From Lepidodermella squamata (Eukaryota; Animalia; Gastrotricha), in assembly GCA_047495785.1 (NCBI GenBank), contig JBLDXI010000007.1, positions 1,860,001 through 1,924,000 of the forward strand: a stretch of 64,000 nucleotides of DNA, in the 5' to 3' direction. A program made the position numbers and the translations under genes. The notes beneath the pieces are model-generated. The model had not been told where the DNA came from, ran no database searches, and saw only the letters and a program-made list of their open reading frames with translations. Numbering within the stretch: position 1 is the first letter of the stretch; each line of letters begins with the position of its first letter. Positions 51,149 to 64,000 of the stretch are shown here, piece by piece.

Positions 51149-52243
51149 ATGTTTAACAAGCAACTAAGATCTAACAAAGTGGCCGCACTGCCACCCAACA
51201 GACCCCCACCACCTCGACCGCCCGGGGCCGAAGAGCTGAAACCAGCTAAATCTTGCGGAAACATATTTCTCGGAAAGTCGGCCGATGAAAATCAGTCTAA
51301 CCTTCGTAAGGTGGATACGACAGCCAACCTGCTGGATCGAATAATAACAATCAAGCCAGTTCGAGCTGAAAACCCGGTGAAGAAGAGCAATATCGAAATC
51401 GATGAATGGCCGCCTATCGAAGCGCAATTATCAACAAAAAAGATGGCAGCCTATTCGTTTCTATTTGGTGGCTTTCTCGTACCTTTCACAAGCCTACCCG
51501 CTCTCTACCTAGCCTACAGCAGTCGCACAAGGTAGAAAATAATTTGTTAATAGCCGAAAAATTTTCGATTGAGACCGAAATCGTAGAAAAACAAGAAGTG
51601 CTGAAATATTGTCCCGTTTATGCCAGTTAACTAAGCTAAACCGGTTTGTTCTGAAAATTTCGACAACATACAACCGGTTGAGTCTTGGTTAACAGGCAAC
51701 TGGACTGCTGAAAAGTCAAAGGCGCATCGGGGGCGAAAATCTCGGCGTTTGCTTAGCGGGGGTCCTTGGATCCGTCTTATAAACCCGCACCTGTAATTAC
51801 AATTAGCGAGTATGTGCTCGCTCGGACGCTGGGGCGTGTCATTAAAATGCAAATGACCCGTCGCATCGCACACTGCCAAAATTCGTGACTTTGAAATTTG
51901 AATAAAATTTTCCGCCCCGTTTCATAATTTTCGTTTCCTTTCCTTGGTGTATATTTATAGGCTGAAACGGCGCTTGTCACTGGCGTTCAGTGGGCTAACG
52001 ATGGCCCTCACCTGGGCACTGGTCATGGCTGGGCTTTATTACTGCTACACGACCGTCGCCATGCCGCGCTATAACGGGCTCCTCAATGGCGCCGCTCATT
52101 TGGCCGAGGTCGTGCCTAATTTCATCGAATCGACCTGGAACGACTTGAACGCGAATTTAACTCAGGAACTCGAAAATCTCACGAACGAGTTGGTACTCAA
52201 GCCTTTGAACAACGATGGTACTACTATCGTGAATTTAACATGA
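51149..52243 (+). CDS. Small membrane protein with Pro-rich N-terminus and two hydrophobic segments (possibly dispanin/CD225-like); exons 51149-51531, 51961-52243
   Basis: ORFs 51125-51535 and 51944-52243 join in phase 2 (AG|GTAGAA ... TTTATAG|G), giving AYSFLFGGFLVPFTSLPALYLAYSSRTRLKRRLSLAFSGLTMALTW. Family call is tentative. Confidence 0.6.
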
Positions 52244-53573
52244 TGAAAAAGACTCGAACTTTGAACATTTCATTTTATTTTATTTTTCGTCCATTTTAAT
52301 GCCATCTTCTTGTGTTGTGTCGCTTCACAGACACCATAATTATATTATCATAATTACATAATGATCAAATAAATAGAAATATATTATGTTTTATATCAAA
52401 CGAATTAATATATTATCAGGTTTTTGTGTTCAAACGACGAATAGAAAATTTTCCTATATTTTTTATCACATTTCTCGCATAATCAATATATGATAATACC
52501 AAATTTTCGAATTATCACAAACTTTCAGTTGAAATTATGCCCAAAAAATAGAACTACATTTCCAGAAGATTCGATTTCAAGAAAAGTGCTGTAGTTATCA
52601 TCAAGTCAGAAAAAAAGCAGCAACAACAACAACATCAACAGCGAAAGAACACTTTCGATTTGTTCTAGCTGAAAAAATCACATGGAAAAATTGAACTGAA
52701 AAAATGCGCACCTTGTAGGTGCAGCAAATTTTACCATCACATCATTGTCTATTTTTTCAATGTATTGTTTGATTTTTTTTCGTTTCAAGCAGCCAGGTAT
52801 GCCACATTTTAAAAGTTGAACTATATTATAAGAGGTTTGATCGACACGTTCGGCTATCGCAGCATATATTTGGCGCAAGAGCAATAATCGCGTTGATATT
52901 TTAGCCACCTTAAGAATGAAAACGTGAAATAGCTATCGAGATATCAAGCTGTGTTTGTTTCCGTGCAACTACAGGGCGAAAGTGGCTGGAACACAACAGT
53001 GTTGTCCCTAGCGCAAACCATCGACTGAATTGATTCGTTAATAATTAATAGGAAATTATCGACGGGGTAGAGAGAGGAGAGTTGGGGGAGAAGGAAGGTG
53101 CGCGTGTGATAAATATCGGCCGGCTTGAAGGGCGCGCACGCGACAACAAAAACGCGCGCCAATAAAATTTCCTTTGCGCAAATAATTACTAGTAGGTAAA
53201 ATGATGATTATTATTGTAAAAAAGACAATAATTTTTTTAATACGTGTGTCGAGTGTGTATAAAATTTAGAATAAATATAATATATATCGAAACACCCACC
53301 ACGCATCACGGGGTACCAGCCAGATTTTTTCTGAGAAAATGAAGATCAGTTGGTGATATCGCCATAATATAAATAAAATTTGTTAACGAGTCGGGCGAAA
53401 AAAATTATCAATTTTTTTTCGTTCGACTAGCGAGCTATAAATGAGAGAGAAATTTTATCAACACAACATTTGATTTCAATTAAAAGCAGTAACTGAAATA
53501 CTTATTTTTGTCAAAATAATGTCGAATTTTTGTGTTGCGGTTTTTTTCGATCTCGTGGGGTATTTTTTGTGGT

Positions 53574-56500
53574 TTATTGGGCGGCGTTGTGCTTATTCGC
53601 GTTGCCGCTATTGCCCGAAGCCGGAGCGGCTGGTTGAAAGGTGTCAAGCGACTCTGGGTCCCAGTCGGCATTGGCCCAGATAGAACCGTCGGAGGCGAAG
53701 AAGGACGCTGTTAGCGAGTTGACAAGCGGGTCGATGCCGGCGCCGTTGTTGCCCGGCTGGTTCTGACTGCCGCCGGCGCCCATCTGCGGCGGCGGGCCCA
53801 TGAGCAGCTCGGCGACCTCGGGCGCCCACCAGTCGGGCGGCGGGCGCAGGCTGATGCCGGTCACCGTCAGGTCGAGCGCTTCACCGGTGAGCAAATCAAC
53901 TGGCGTCTGGCCGTTCATCTCGTTGACCATGTCCTGCAGCAGCAGTTCCTCGATCGAGTCCGTGTCGCCCTCGGACGACGGCGTCGCGCCCGCCATGGCG
54001 CCGTTGCCGCCGCGGTGCGGGCCGTGGTGGCTGTGGTTGTGGTGCGAGGCGGAGCCGCCGCCGCCCAGGTTCAGCGGCGGGATGTTGAAAGCAGAGGGCG
54101 CACCTAGTAAGCCGGGATGTTCACCGTCCGTGGCCAAATCCGTGAAGAGAGCCGATTCGGCCGATAGTAGATCGTTTATTAATTCAGGACCAAATAGATC
54201 CGTCAGGTCACCGGAAACCTACAAAATTCATTAAAAAGTATTAAAATAAATAAATTCTGAATAATTTTAGGGAAGAGAAAAAAATATTAAAAAAATGAAA
54301 AAATGAAACGCCCGATGTGGGGCTCGAACCCACGACCCTGGGATTAAGAGTCCCATGCTCTACCGACTGAGCTAACCGGGCTATTTACATAGTAACGATA
54401 TGGGTTGGGCAGTATGTGGGGAATATACAGAAAGCACTCACGCACTACAATAATATGTTCGGTAATACCCGTAATAAAGTGGTAAAAAAACATGTGCTCA
54501 TTATATGGTATAGGTATACTATAGAATAGCCAGGTATAAGTTTGCGTGGTCGACATTTTGCTATTCGGGAACTACAGCTATAATGTTTCCAAGTTTGGGC
54601 ATCGACTATTTCAGTAAAATTTGCAAAAAAATCTTACGTGATAGGTTCGGTAAAAAAGGTAAAAAAAAAAATAGACAAAATTAGAAAAATTTGCCAAAAT
54701 AATGCAGTCATTACTCCAGAAGCCTCTAAATAGACGAAAATCGAATAGACATCGGCATCTCACATAAAAACTAAATTTGATTTCGAAATTGGTCACCCAA
54801 CTCAATCGTTGCTCAATAATTTTAGGGCTATGGCAATGATTCTTTGAAATGTGACCAGCAGAAAGTTTATAGAAATAAAAATCGAATTTCGCCGTTCAGT
54901 AAAATTTCTGAAAAATTTCATTAATTTATTTTAGCGGTAGCCGATAAATGTAGGCCACAATAAGTAAAATTGAGGCTCAGCTCAAAATTTCACCAAAATA
55001 TGGTTTTTCTCCACTTTTCAAGTACCGAATATTCGAAGTAGGTATATCGAATTTCAAAATCAGTGATTTTTCTGATATCAGCAGCCAAAATTGAAAAATT
55101 GCCTATATACCTGAGGATCCCAAGTAGCCAAAATAAAAATCCCAGGTTAATGTGCTCAATCGTCATCGATCAAGATAAATTCGAAAACGCAAAAAATATA
55201 GAGCTCGAGCGCTCGAATTTGAGACTGAAATCTCAATTATAGGGTGCGAATATTTTGGCCGATTGCAATTACCTTGAGGCGCTTGCTGGGTTCTTCGAGG
55301 GTGTCCATGGCCCCGAAGCGGCGCCGAGGCGAGAGCTCGTCGTCGCCGACATCGCCGGCGCTCTCGAGCAGGAAGGCGTAGTTGCGTGACAACTGCCACA
55401 GCGACGTTTTCTGCGTCGGCAGCAGCATGCCCGTTGTGGCGTCGCGTTTCCGCGACACGCGCTCGAAGCAGCGGTTCAGCTGCAAGTTGTGCCGCACCGA
55501 ATTCTGCCAGCTAGGGTCCGCCGACCGGAAGTACGGGTAGTTGTCCATTATCCAGTCGTAGATCTCTTGCAGGCTCATCTGCGGCTTGTCCGGCGAGCTG
55601 GTCAGCGCGAAGTAGATCAACTGCGAGTAGGAATACGTCGGCTTCAGATGAATATTCGCCGTACCAGCTATCAACTGGTCGAGCGATGACGGAGGAGCAG
55701 GCTCCATAACTGTACAAATTGGAGGAAGAGTGACGTGGCCAGCCTGAAATAAAAAAAATTATCCATAAAATTCGAATTCATATATTTTTTAATTCTTTCA
55801 AATTCTGGAAGACCGTCATAACAGAAAACACCCAAAACAGCAAAAGCGACAAAACAGCAAATTTTTCAACTTGCGACATAACAGCAGAAACACGTTCATC
55901 TTTTGCATTATAAGTTTTCGCTGTTTTGTCGCGAAATTAAAAATTTGCTGTTTTGTCGCATTCGCTGTTTCGTGCAGTTGCTGTTTTGTCGCTGTGCCCA
56001 AATTCTTTATCAGGTTAAAATTGGGAACTCCGAAATTTTCCCTCTTGGTTCTTTGTACTGATTCTCTACCCGAATCGATGCAATATCAAATGGGATTCTA
56101 GGTGTTCAATGAGCCAAAGCTGTTTTTATCGATTTATTGCATGCTATCATTAATTATTAAACCCTAAACTTTTCCCTAAAATTGGCAGCACCAAAGTGAA
56201 AGTGAAAAATACAGTTTAACAAAAAAAAATGGGTTGAATAGGAATCTCAAAAAAATTTCAGTACTTCGTTTGATCTTAGCTCCATTCTCAGTAAAAAAGT
56301 TTATAAACCAATTTGAGGCTATTTTAATTAAATCAATGTGGAAATCCAGATCCAGCGACCCAGGCGGAAATTACATAAAAAGAAGTCGAAACCGGAGCAA
56401 GACCTCCATTCTTCAATTTCCCTTGAGATTTTAGTAAAAAAAAATCTATAAAAAAAGACGAACAAAATTTCTTTACCTGGTTGGTGTAGTAACCATTTGC

Positions 56501-57196
56501 GTCCAGGTGTGACCAGGCGTCGTTATTACCGGTGATTTGAAGCGGCTCCATGCCGGCTGGCACTAAATGGTGCTCGCCGTTGGCCGTGATAAATATTTGC
56601 TGCGCTTGTGGCGCCTTCAACAACTGAGAACCGCGTGGCGTTGTCACATAGGGCGACGCGTTGCCCGCCTGCCCGCCGCCGTAATTCGAATGCTGCATCG
56701 CTAGAACGCTAGACGACGCGCTCGGCAGCCCGGCGGACATGGGCGCTTTCATCATCAGGCCATTCCGCGGGCTGGTCGGCGGTGTCGAGCCGGGTAGCAC
56801 GCCCAGCTTCACGCTTTGTAGCCACCCTAAATTTGTCAACGAATCGTCGAGGAGTTCGTCGTCGTTATTCGAACCGTGGTGGTGGTGATGGTGGTGATGG
56901 TGGTGGTGGGAGTGGCCGGAACTTGCGGAGCTGTTGTGCGACCCTGAGCTGCCGCCGGATAAATTCCGCTGAACTAGCGACGAAGAGCCGACGAAACGCT
57001 GAAACGGCCGGTTCGAAGCGCCGTTCGACGCCGGGTTCAGTATAGGTGCGCTGATCATGATGCCGCCCGGGGGTGGGCCCATGGGCGCTGGGGCTAGAAA
57101 ATGGTGGTTATTGTTCATTCCACGATCAACGCCGTGAAGTCGTATAGAAGGTATGCCATGATGCTTGTTGTCCATCATCGAAAAATCTGTTGCCAT
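53574..57196 (-). CDS. Forkhead transcription factor, FoxJ1-like; exons 57196-56477, 55743-55273, 54218-53574
   Basis: N-terminal LDDSLTNLGWLQ (FoxJ motif) and forkhead domain KPTYSY..IYDWIMDNYPYFRSADPSWQNSVRHNL. Both introns are phase 0 GT-AG. C-terminal LDLTVTG. PolyHis tract. Confidence 0.85.
54309..54381 (-). tRNA. tRNA-Lys (CTT), inside intron 2 of the forkhead gene
   Basis: GCCCGGTTAGCTCAGTCGGTAGAGCATGGGACTCTTAATCCCAGGGTCGTGGGTTCGAGCCCCACATCGGGCG forms a full cloverleaf with anticodon CTT and has downstream T-runs. Confidence 0.97.
55815..55992. repeat. Inverted array of a 13-bp unit GCGACAAAACAGC (foldback) in the forkhead gene intron 1
   Basis: Units point rightwards at about 55815-55891 and leftwards at 55914-55992. 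Core arms 55846-55891 and 55914-55959 are near-complementary. Confidence 0.85.
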
Positions 57197-59425
57197 TCAA
57201 CAGTTTCCCGCGAGGAGGAGGACCAATTTTTTCGGGCTGAAATTTGATTAAAATTGCTAATATATATTCTCGCGCTCAGGTCGGACGGCGACCGGAGGTA
57301 ATTGATAAAACCGAGCTAGCCAGCAGTTCGACTTGCTATTGTTAACAACATCTACGACTGTTTTCGGCGATTATTATAACAGTAAACACAAATATAGAGC
57401 TATTATGGGTCAAAGGTGTGGCCGCGCTTGCCAAGCTTCGAAAAACGCGTCACGCTTAATTAACTGGAAAGACTCTAGAAATTTCACCAGGTCAGCAGTC
57501 TGGCCGCCTAAGCCAATTAATTAGGCTTGTAAAATAAACGCGTAAAGTGGAACATAAGATATAACGCGAAAGGAAAAAATTCGGGGAAAATAACGGGAGG
57601 AAAAAATCGAATTTTTAGCGCATGTTAGTATTGAGCTGGCGTTTTATCGTTTCGGGTCGATGGAAGGTCGCGCAAAAAAGTTGTTTCTCACTCGTCGAGG
57701 CGCTTTCTTGTATAGGCGCGAGCGGGCGCGCTCAATAAAACGCTCACAGCACGACACGGGTCAATCACGATGAGCACAATTTCTCGCCAGCATGCCTACC
57801 AATATTATTATTATTATTATTACATCCGTCAATAGGTGCTCGCGGGAGATGGGTAGATGAAGGAGTCGTGTCTGCTAAGGTATTATTGTTTTATTATTAT
57901 TTTAGTGGAAGAATTTCGCGCCCTAAAAGAAGCAAATATTTTACTACCTGCGCGCCAACCTGTGGCTATTCAGCAGTGTGTGCGCGCGCGCGCCAAAATG
58001 ACTACGCGCTAGTCATCGCGTATTTTCATCGCAGGCTCAACCGAAAAAGGGCGCGCATACACACCGCTGTTTACGGCGACGCCTGGCAACGCAACAAATG
58101 CGATGATTATTCGCAGCGGCAAGTACTTGCGCTATTATTAATACTACCCAACTGTTGAATATTGAAATATTTTATCGAAACACACGGCCCAGTACTTCAT
58201 TAATAAAATACGCACCTGAAACCCGGCGGCTCAGCCTTTTCACCATTACACTAATAATAACAAACGTATACACATTGTTAAGAAGAGCGTTATGATTTTA
58301 CACGTTATATAATATAAGAAAATGTTACATTTTATAAACAAAAATTTGGCGCTAAAAAAGAAGAAGACGCCGCCAATAATCGTAGTATAATACCTACCTG
58401 CGTCAATGTTGTTTTATTGTATACCGCTCCCTTGCGAGCCTGTTTTTCGCCACCTGTGTGTATTCTGATGAATGCAATGCGCGCCGTCGCTCTATTCGCC
58501 GCTAAATAAAATATGGGTGACCAAAAACACCTTCACTTCGTATATTATAACGGGTGTATATCAAACATGTACTGCCGCTTTTGTCATTACCGTCTAATGC
58601 GACGTCTTGAATATTAGTTATTTTTCTTAGCGAGTAACTCTTCTTCGTTATAATATATATTCTTTCGAGTGTCCTTTGTGCGAATACTTAAATTTGATAT
58701 TTAAATTACGCGTACGCGCACGTTGTATATAGAAAAACAACCACCTAAAAATTGGCCCAAGTGCGCAAAGGTAGGAGCCGCCGCGCGAGTGGCCAGCGCG
58801 CTATTCACGTCTGCTCTCGTCAATAAACTACCCTGTCTCAAGAATTTTTTAACAGCACGCAACTCTTATGTTATTATTTTATTATTAATAAATATTAAAT
58901 TGAAAATAACTCTCTCAATATAATTATACGCCATCGAACGGCTATAGAAGCGATATGCGCAATGTTTTTCTTAACCTACGTCACTCTCCTTTTGACAATA
59001 GCCAATAGTTGCACTGGTCAAAGCCAGGCGTACGAAAAATATGACACTTGTGCACGCGAAAAAAACGCCCATAGCAAGGAAATTAATACCCTTACCCAAC
59101 TCAAATGGAGGGTGTTTATAAAAAGCGTGCACTTTGATCTAGCGTGCATGATCCATTGGTCATTATTTATGATTGCTGCTTTGCGGCCGGCTGAAAATGT
59201 ATATATACCCATCGTATAATTCAACACACACAACGCGGATAACATGGTGCAACTTTTTCGAGGGCCACCCTCTCGGGAAAATATAATTTTCTAGAACCAG
59301 AACAAAAAAATCGCTAATGAATTTTATTACTATATTTTTCTATTTTAGGGCAAACAAGGCATAATTGCACCGGGCAGGTTAAAATCAACATAATAATAAT
59401 AATGTAAAAAAAACAAAAAGGATAT

Positions 59426-62400
59426 CTAAGAACTCGCGTCAACAAGGCAGTTAAAATCGTCATTTCCGAACGGAATGATCTGTTCGGGCCGAAGCAGCCG
59501 AGCCATATCGGCAACGGGCGGAAATTGCGAGATCAAATGATTCAGCGAACCGACGGCGATAAGCTTTTTCTGAGCTCTAGTCAGCGCGACATTCAAGCGC
59601 TTGCCATTCGATAAAATTCCTCGATTTTCAGACGCTGATTGCTGATTTTTCGAATCAGTTATCGTCTCTCTTTTGACGAAAGATAGTAAAATCACGGATT
59701 TTTCACGACCTTGGTATTGATCGACAGTGTTGACCTCAACGTCTGAAATTTTCATATCTTCTGCCAACATTTTTGAAATCAATCGAACTTGATCGGTGAA
59801 TGGTGAAATTACGCCGATTTCCGCCGCTGGAATCTCATCAAATTGCATATAAAATTGAACAAGGCGGGCAACAAGCATAGCTTCATCATGATTCGAGGTT
59901 CGAGTTGCGCTAGACTTCTTCATCAGCGACAGAGACGTAGTATCAAAGAACAGGAATGAGTCACTCAGTCCGCAGCTTGATAATTTTTCCAAAATTTCCG
60001 AATTCCATGATTTTTGCTTAATTTTTAAGGTGGCATTTTCCATTTCTTTACCACAGGTCAATCGATTTTCGTAATAAAGAGCGTTTGGAATTCTTAGGAT
60101 CTCCGAATTCATTCTGAACTGTTCCGTTAGGTCGCAAATCGCATCTTTCGCTGCCTTTTCATTTGAATTGCAATGTTTCAACAACTGGTCGAGCAAGCTG
60201 AGTTCGCAGTCTTTCGCCTGCTCAACCGCGTTAACAAGCAACGGTGATAGCTGGTTAGGATCACCGACTAGAACAAACTTCTCAGCGCAGAATATAGGGC
60301 CGAGGCAGGTTGGCAGTAGCGTTTGACTAGCCTCGTCGACGATGCAAACGGAAAATTTACGGCGAGAAAACAAGGCGTGATTGAAAAGGGCGTGACACGT
60401 CCCGGCAACGATCTGAGGTGTTTCGTATAACGATATCAAATCGTCCAATGTTTTCACCTTTTTAAGACGCGATCGTTCGGCAAATCGTTGAAGACCAGGC
60501 GCAACCCGTTCAAGCGGGCCAATTCGTAAAATTTTCGAATCTTCGAAAGTTTCCGTTGGGGACGAGACTAATTTTGTCAAAATCGAGTCAACAGCTGTGT
60601 TCGTATAAGCGGCTAGAATGATGCTCTGGCCTAGGGCGACAAGCGATCGGATCAAACAGGCGATCGTAGTCGATTTTCCTGTCCCAGGATAGCCTCGAAC
60701 CAGCAGATAATCCTCAGCTAATAAAACTCGTAGCACGACCTCCTTTTGTAGCCTGGTTAGTTTTTTAAGCGACACAATTTTCTGAAGAGCTTCCAGGTCA
60801 GGTTTCCGCAAATTTCGTTTTCTTTGAGGCAAACGATGGCCGGTGACCAAAGATCGAATCCGGGTACTAAAAAGTCGATAAATAATACAACACTGCCGAT
60901 AAAAAGTTCAGGAAACGTACAAATCAGGGAGATTTTCAAACATAGTCGACATATTAGAGACTCCCATCTTGTAAGAAAAGCCGTTGGAGAATGACGAAGA
61001 AACCACGTCCAAACGATACTCTTTTACTGCAATCGAAAATCTTTTAAATACAATTATCTCGGCACTTAAAACTTACTATCTGGGTAAAGTTTTCGAAAAT
61101 CCTTCTCAGCAATGACCTTACATGTGTAAATTTCATTGGAGACGGAGACATTTTGAAGAGTAGCAAAACAAAATCCGACGAATTTTCGATCGCCGGGAAC
61201 ACCCGAACTGACTAGCATTCGCGGGCGGAAATTGTCATCCTCTGAAAATGACTCACTAAATGGAGAACTAGACGAAGACTTAATCGATTCCGGTAATTCG
61301 CGATCTTTCTGTCGCGTGAATTCAAGGCAGAAATCAGGCTGGTCGGTGCCGTTGTCGTGATTAGTAACGTTTGTTAGCAGCAAATGGCCAAGAGTTTGCC
61401 CAGACGCTTCCATTTCATCGATAGAGAGTTGCCAAAATTTGTTTAGCCACTTTTCAACGCCTTCCTGAACTCCGTACTCAGCATTTAGTATAGCCATCCA
61501 TTTCGACCAGAACGCTACATCGCTTTCGCTAAAATTTGAGATCAAATTTGACACGATAGAAGACACTGGCCTGCTGTTTTCGTTCAAGGCTGAGCGCGTA
61601 ATCAAAGCACAATTTATCGACTGCGGGCACCAAGAGCAGGTGCGTTCATTAGTGATTGGCGGCGGTAAATTTGACCCGTCCGGTGTCCAAGGTTTCGCTA
61701 GAAAATGAGCCAGTTCATTCCGAGTTTGCATTAAACCTGGAAAACTTCCATGATATATTAAATTTGGATACTCCTCGAGATAATACCTTGAACGGCTTGC
61801 TTTACCCTTGTGACTTTGATGCATTGGGTGTCTTTATTTGCATTTTTCAGGTAAGATAACAGCCCAAAATCAGGCACCACATGGCTACCATAACGATCAG
61901 CCAATAGAAGACTGTATAACATAGCCTAAAATGACATTTTAGATTATCAATCGTTGAACTAGCGGAAATTTACCTGTCCATAATGCTCCCTCGATTTAGA
62001 AGCTTGGCCAGTTTTCAATTCCAATGGAACCAAAGCCTTCGAACCTTTCAGCATTATTTTGATACTCGCATCAATCTATTTCAAAATGCAAGGAATATTT
62101 TGATCATGAAATGATCGAAGCCAACTTACTTTGCCCTTGACTCCGAAACGAGGTGACCACACGTTTTCTTCAATATCGCGAACTTCTACCATTTCGCCGA
62201 CTTGCGCGGTCGAAAATTGAAGAATGGCTGGGATATACAGCGTCGTGATTTCAGCAATAATGTCTTCCAATTTCGCAGTTTGTCCGATGCTGTACAGATC
62301 TTGCAGAAATCTCGGTTGGGCAAAAACGCGCGTCAATTGTGAGGACAAAATTTTGGCATCAACTAGTTTTTTCGAGGTTTTCTGCACAATCGCCCACTGG

Positions 62401-63343
62401 AACAGCTCGTGAACAGCTGAACCAATCAACATTGCCTTATTCGTAGTTGGTGAGTGAATCGAAACCGATGGGAAAGGAAATTTGTCATTCAATACTGTTT
62501 GCCGAACACAGTTCATTGACCCAACAAGATTCGTGGCGCTGACCAAAGTATCCGGGTGTAATACCAACAAATTGTGCATATCATCAACAACAATTTTATC
62601 CGAACTGGTCAACAATTTAGGCGAATCGAGAATGATGTTACAAATATCGCCCTCTTGAACCGCACATTCGGCCCAATAACCATCTAACTCGACGGTCATC
62701 TCGGCGTTTTCTGGCAAGTTTCCTTTGCAAATCACAATTTCTAGTCGATCAGTGTGGCGTAAAACTCGAGAAACACTGCCGCGCACTACGTCCGTCTGAT
62801 ATGAAAAAGCCCAATTGTTTGATTGAGCGACTTCTTCCTCAAAGTCAGCGTCGCTGGCAAACGCGAGCAGGCAAGCATCATCGATCATATCATCTTCCGC
62901 AAAATGCCCACCAGACGCAATATTTTCCTTCTGAGGCGAGCTTATTACCACAACAGAGTCAGAGAAATAGCCTTCAGGCGGGTTAGAATTTGACGAGAAG
63001 TTTTGAACGCGAGATTTTTCTTCATTCCCATTGATTCCAACATTGAAGCTACGAGTTGGATGACTCATCTTCTGGCGTTTGCTGGATGTATTTAACAAGT
63101 CGATAGTTAAGTCGTTGGCAGGGGACAGCCGGCGCGTAGCTTTCAGAGCCCCGGCGGATTCTTTCCGATTCCCATCGTCTCCCTTCGAGCTTTTCGTACC
63201 AAAAAATGCTGCTATAGCCTGCTGCGATGGAATTCTCGTACGTAACTGAAATATTATATATTGGAAATTATTCCGATTTTACGCTACGGAAACTTTACTT
63301 TTTGATTGGGATTCTGATTGGCTTTTACAAACTGCTTTGACAT
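59426..63343 (-). CDS. DNA2: DNA replication ATP-dependent helicase/nuclease DNA2
   Basis: LHPDTLVSAT..C.RQ, IGSAVHELFQ, IEENVWSPRFGVKGK|IDA, PLELKTG, Fe-S motif CSWCPQSINC, Walker A GYPGTGKS, DEASQ, TVDQYQGREK and RLNVALTRA. Short first exon 63343-63299. Confidence 0.95.
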
Positions 63344-63672
63344 CGAGCTAAGTAAAACTACCTATACAAATTTTGAAAGCAACATTTTCGTGAAAGCAAA
63401 TAATAGCGAAAGCAACGAGCAACGCGGCTGAAACATCAAGTTGGACATGAGCAGCATATTTGTTGAGGCAAAATGTTATGTATAATAAATTCAGTCACAA
63501 AATGTTCACAAAACAAACTTTACCGTTAAGTTGTTTTCAAGCCGACTCAAAAATCAACGAAATTCTCTGATCAATGGTTCAGTCATGAGAGGCGCCAAGT
63601 CTAGTCAAGATTCCTGAAACTGTTGACGCGCTGAACTGCGGCCTTCTTTTTTCAACACGCACTTCGACGTTG

Positions 63673-64000
63673 ATGGCTATTCCAACGTTAGGTTAGGTAT
63701 CATACAATACACGTTTAAAAAGTCATAATCAGAATGCGGAAATGACGATCGAAGATATGCGGTGCAACTGCGTTGCAATCTGGCAATCACACAAAAGCTG
63801 GGCAGCCAGACTAACTATGTCCTCTACGCCTACGCTATGTTGAACGTTGGGAGGCGGGCCGCGGATGCCAAATCTAAAACTCGTTTCGGGCAAACCCGTG
63901 TCTATCGTTCACGATCAAGGCCTCTACATTGCATTTTTGAGGATTTTATACAAGGGTTTCCCCGGGCAAGACAAAAGGCGCTACTCCTTCAAAAACGCCT
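63673..64000 (+). CDS. Possible 5' end of a gene transcribed divergently from DNA2 (unknown product, runs off the window)
   Basis: ATG 63673, a putative 41-nt intron 63692-63732, then an open frame to the window end: MAIPTL|ECGNDDRRYAVQLRCNL...RRYSFKNA. Confidence 0.4.

Noticed and set aside
1-64000. CRISPR arrays, rRNA, bacterial operons or defence systems
   Set aside because: The window is spliceosomal-intron-containing animal DNA with no repeat-spacer arrays or rRNA motifs seen.

Overview
Eukaryotic DNA from a compact invertebrate animal genome. It is gene-dense, most introns are about 50-60 nt, and acceptors are often TTTCAG/TTTTAG. I cannot name the organism. In order: 3' part of a polyQ/PAM2-like protein, a 5'-truncated RTE retrotransposon copy, sigma-class GST, MMD/PAQR, UBALD, CCZ1, an SLC16/MCT transporter, an intronless GPCR, WDR13, a divergent-loop cyclophilin, IRE1, a secreted WAP-type protein, an intronless SAM methyltransferase (possible horizontal transfer), a clan-3 P450, several TA-flanked MITEs, an ApoL-like gene, a small membrane protein, a FoxJ1-like gene with a tRNA-Lys in an intron, and DNA2. 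The most unusual locus is 41.0-46.6 kb. There, two different transposase-type DNA-binding exons (a THAP zinc finger and a CENP-B/pogo double HTH) each start at their own ATG and end in a phase-0 donor. Either can splice in frame onto the same downstream exons, which carry an ALDLS (CtBP-type) motif and a NOL4-like C-terminal helix. This suggests a transcription factor with swappable DNA-binding heads. All family assignments are from motif recognition; no database search was run.
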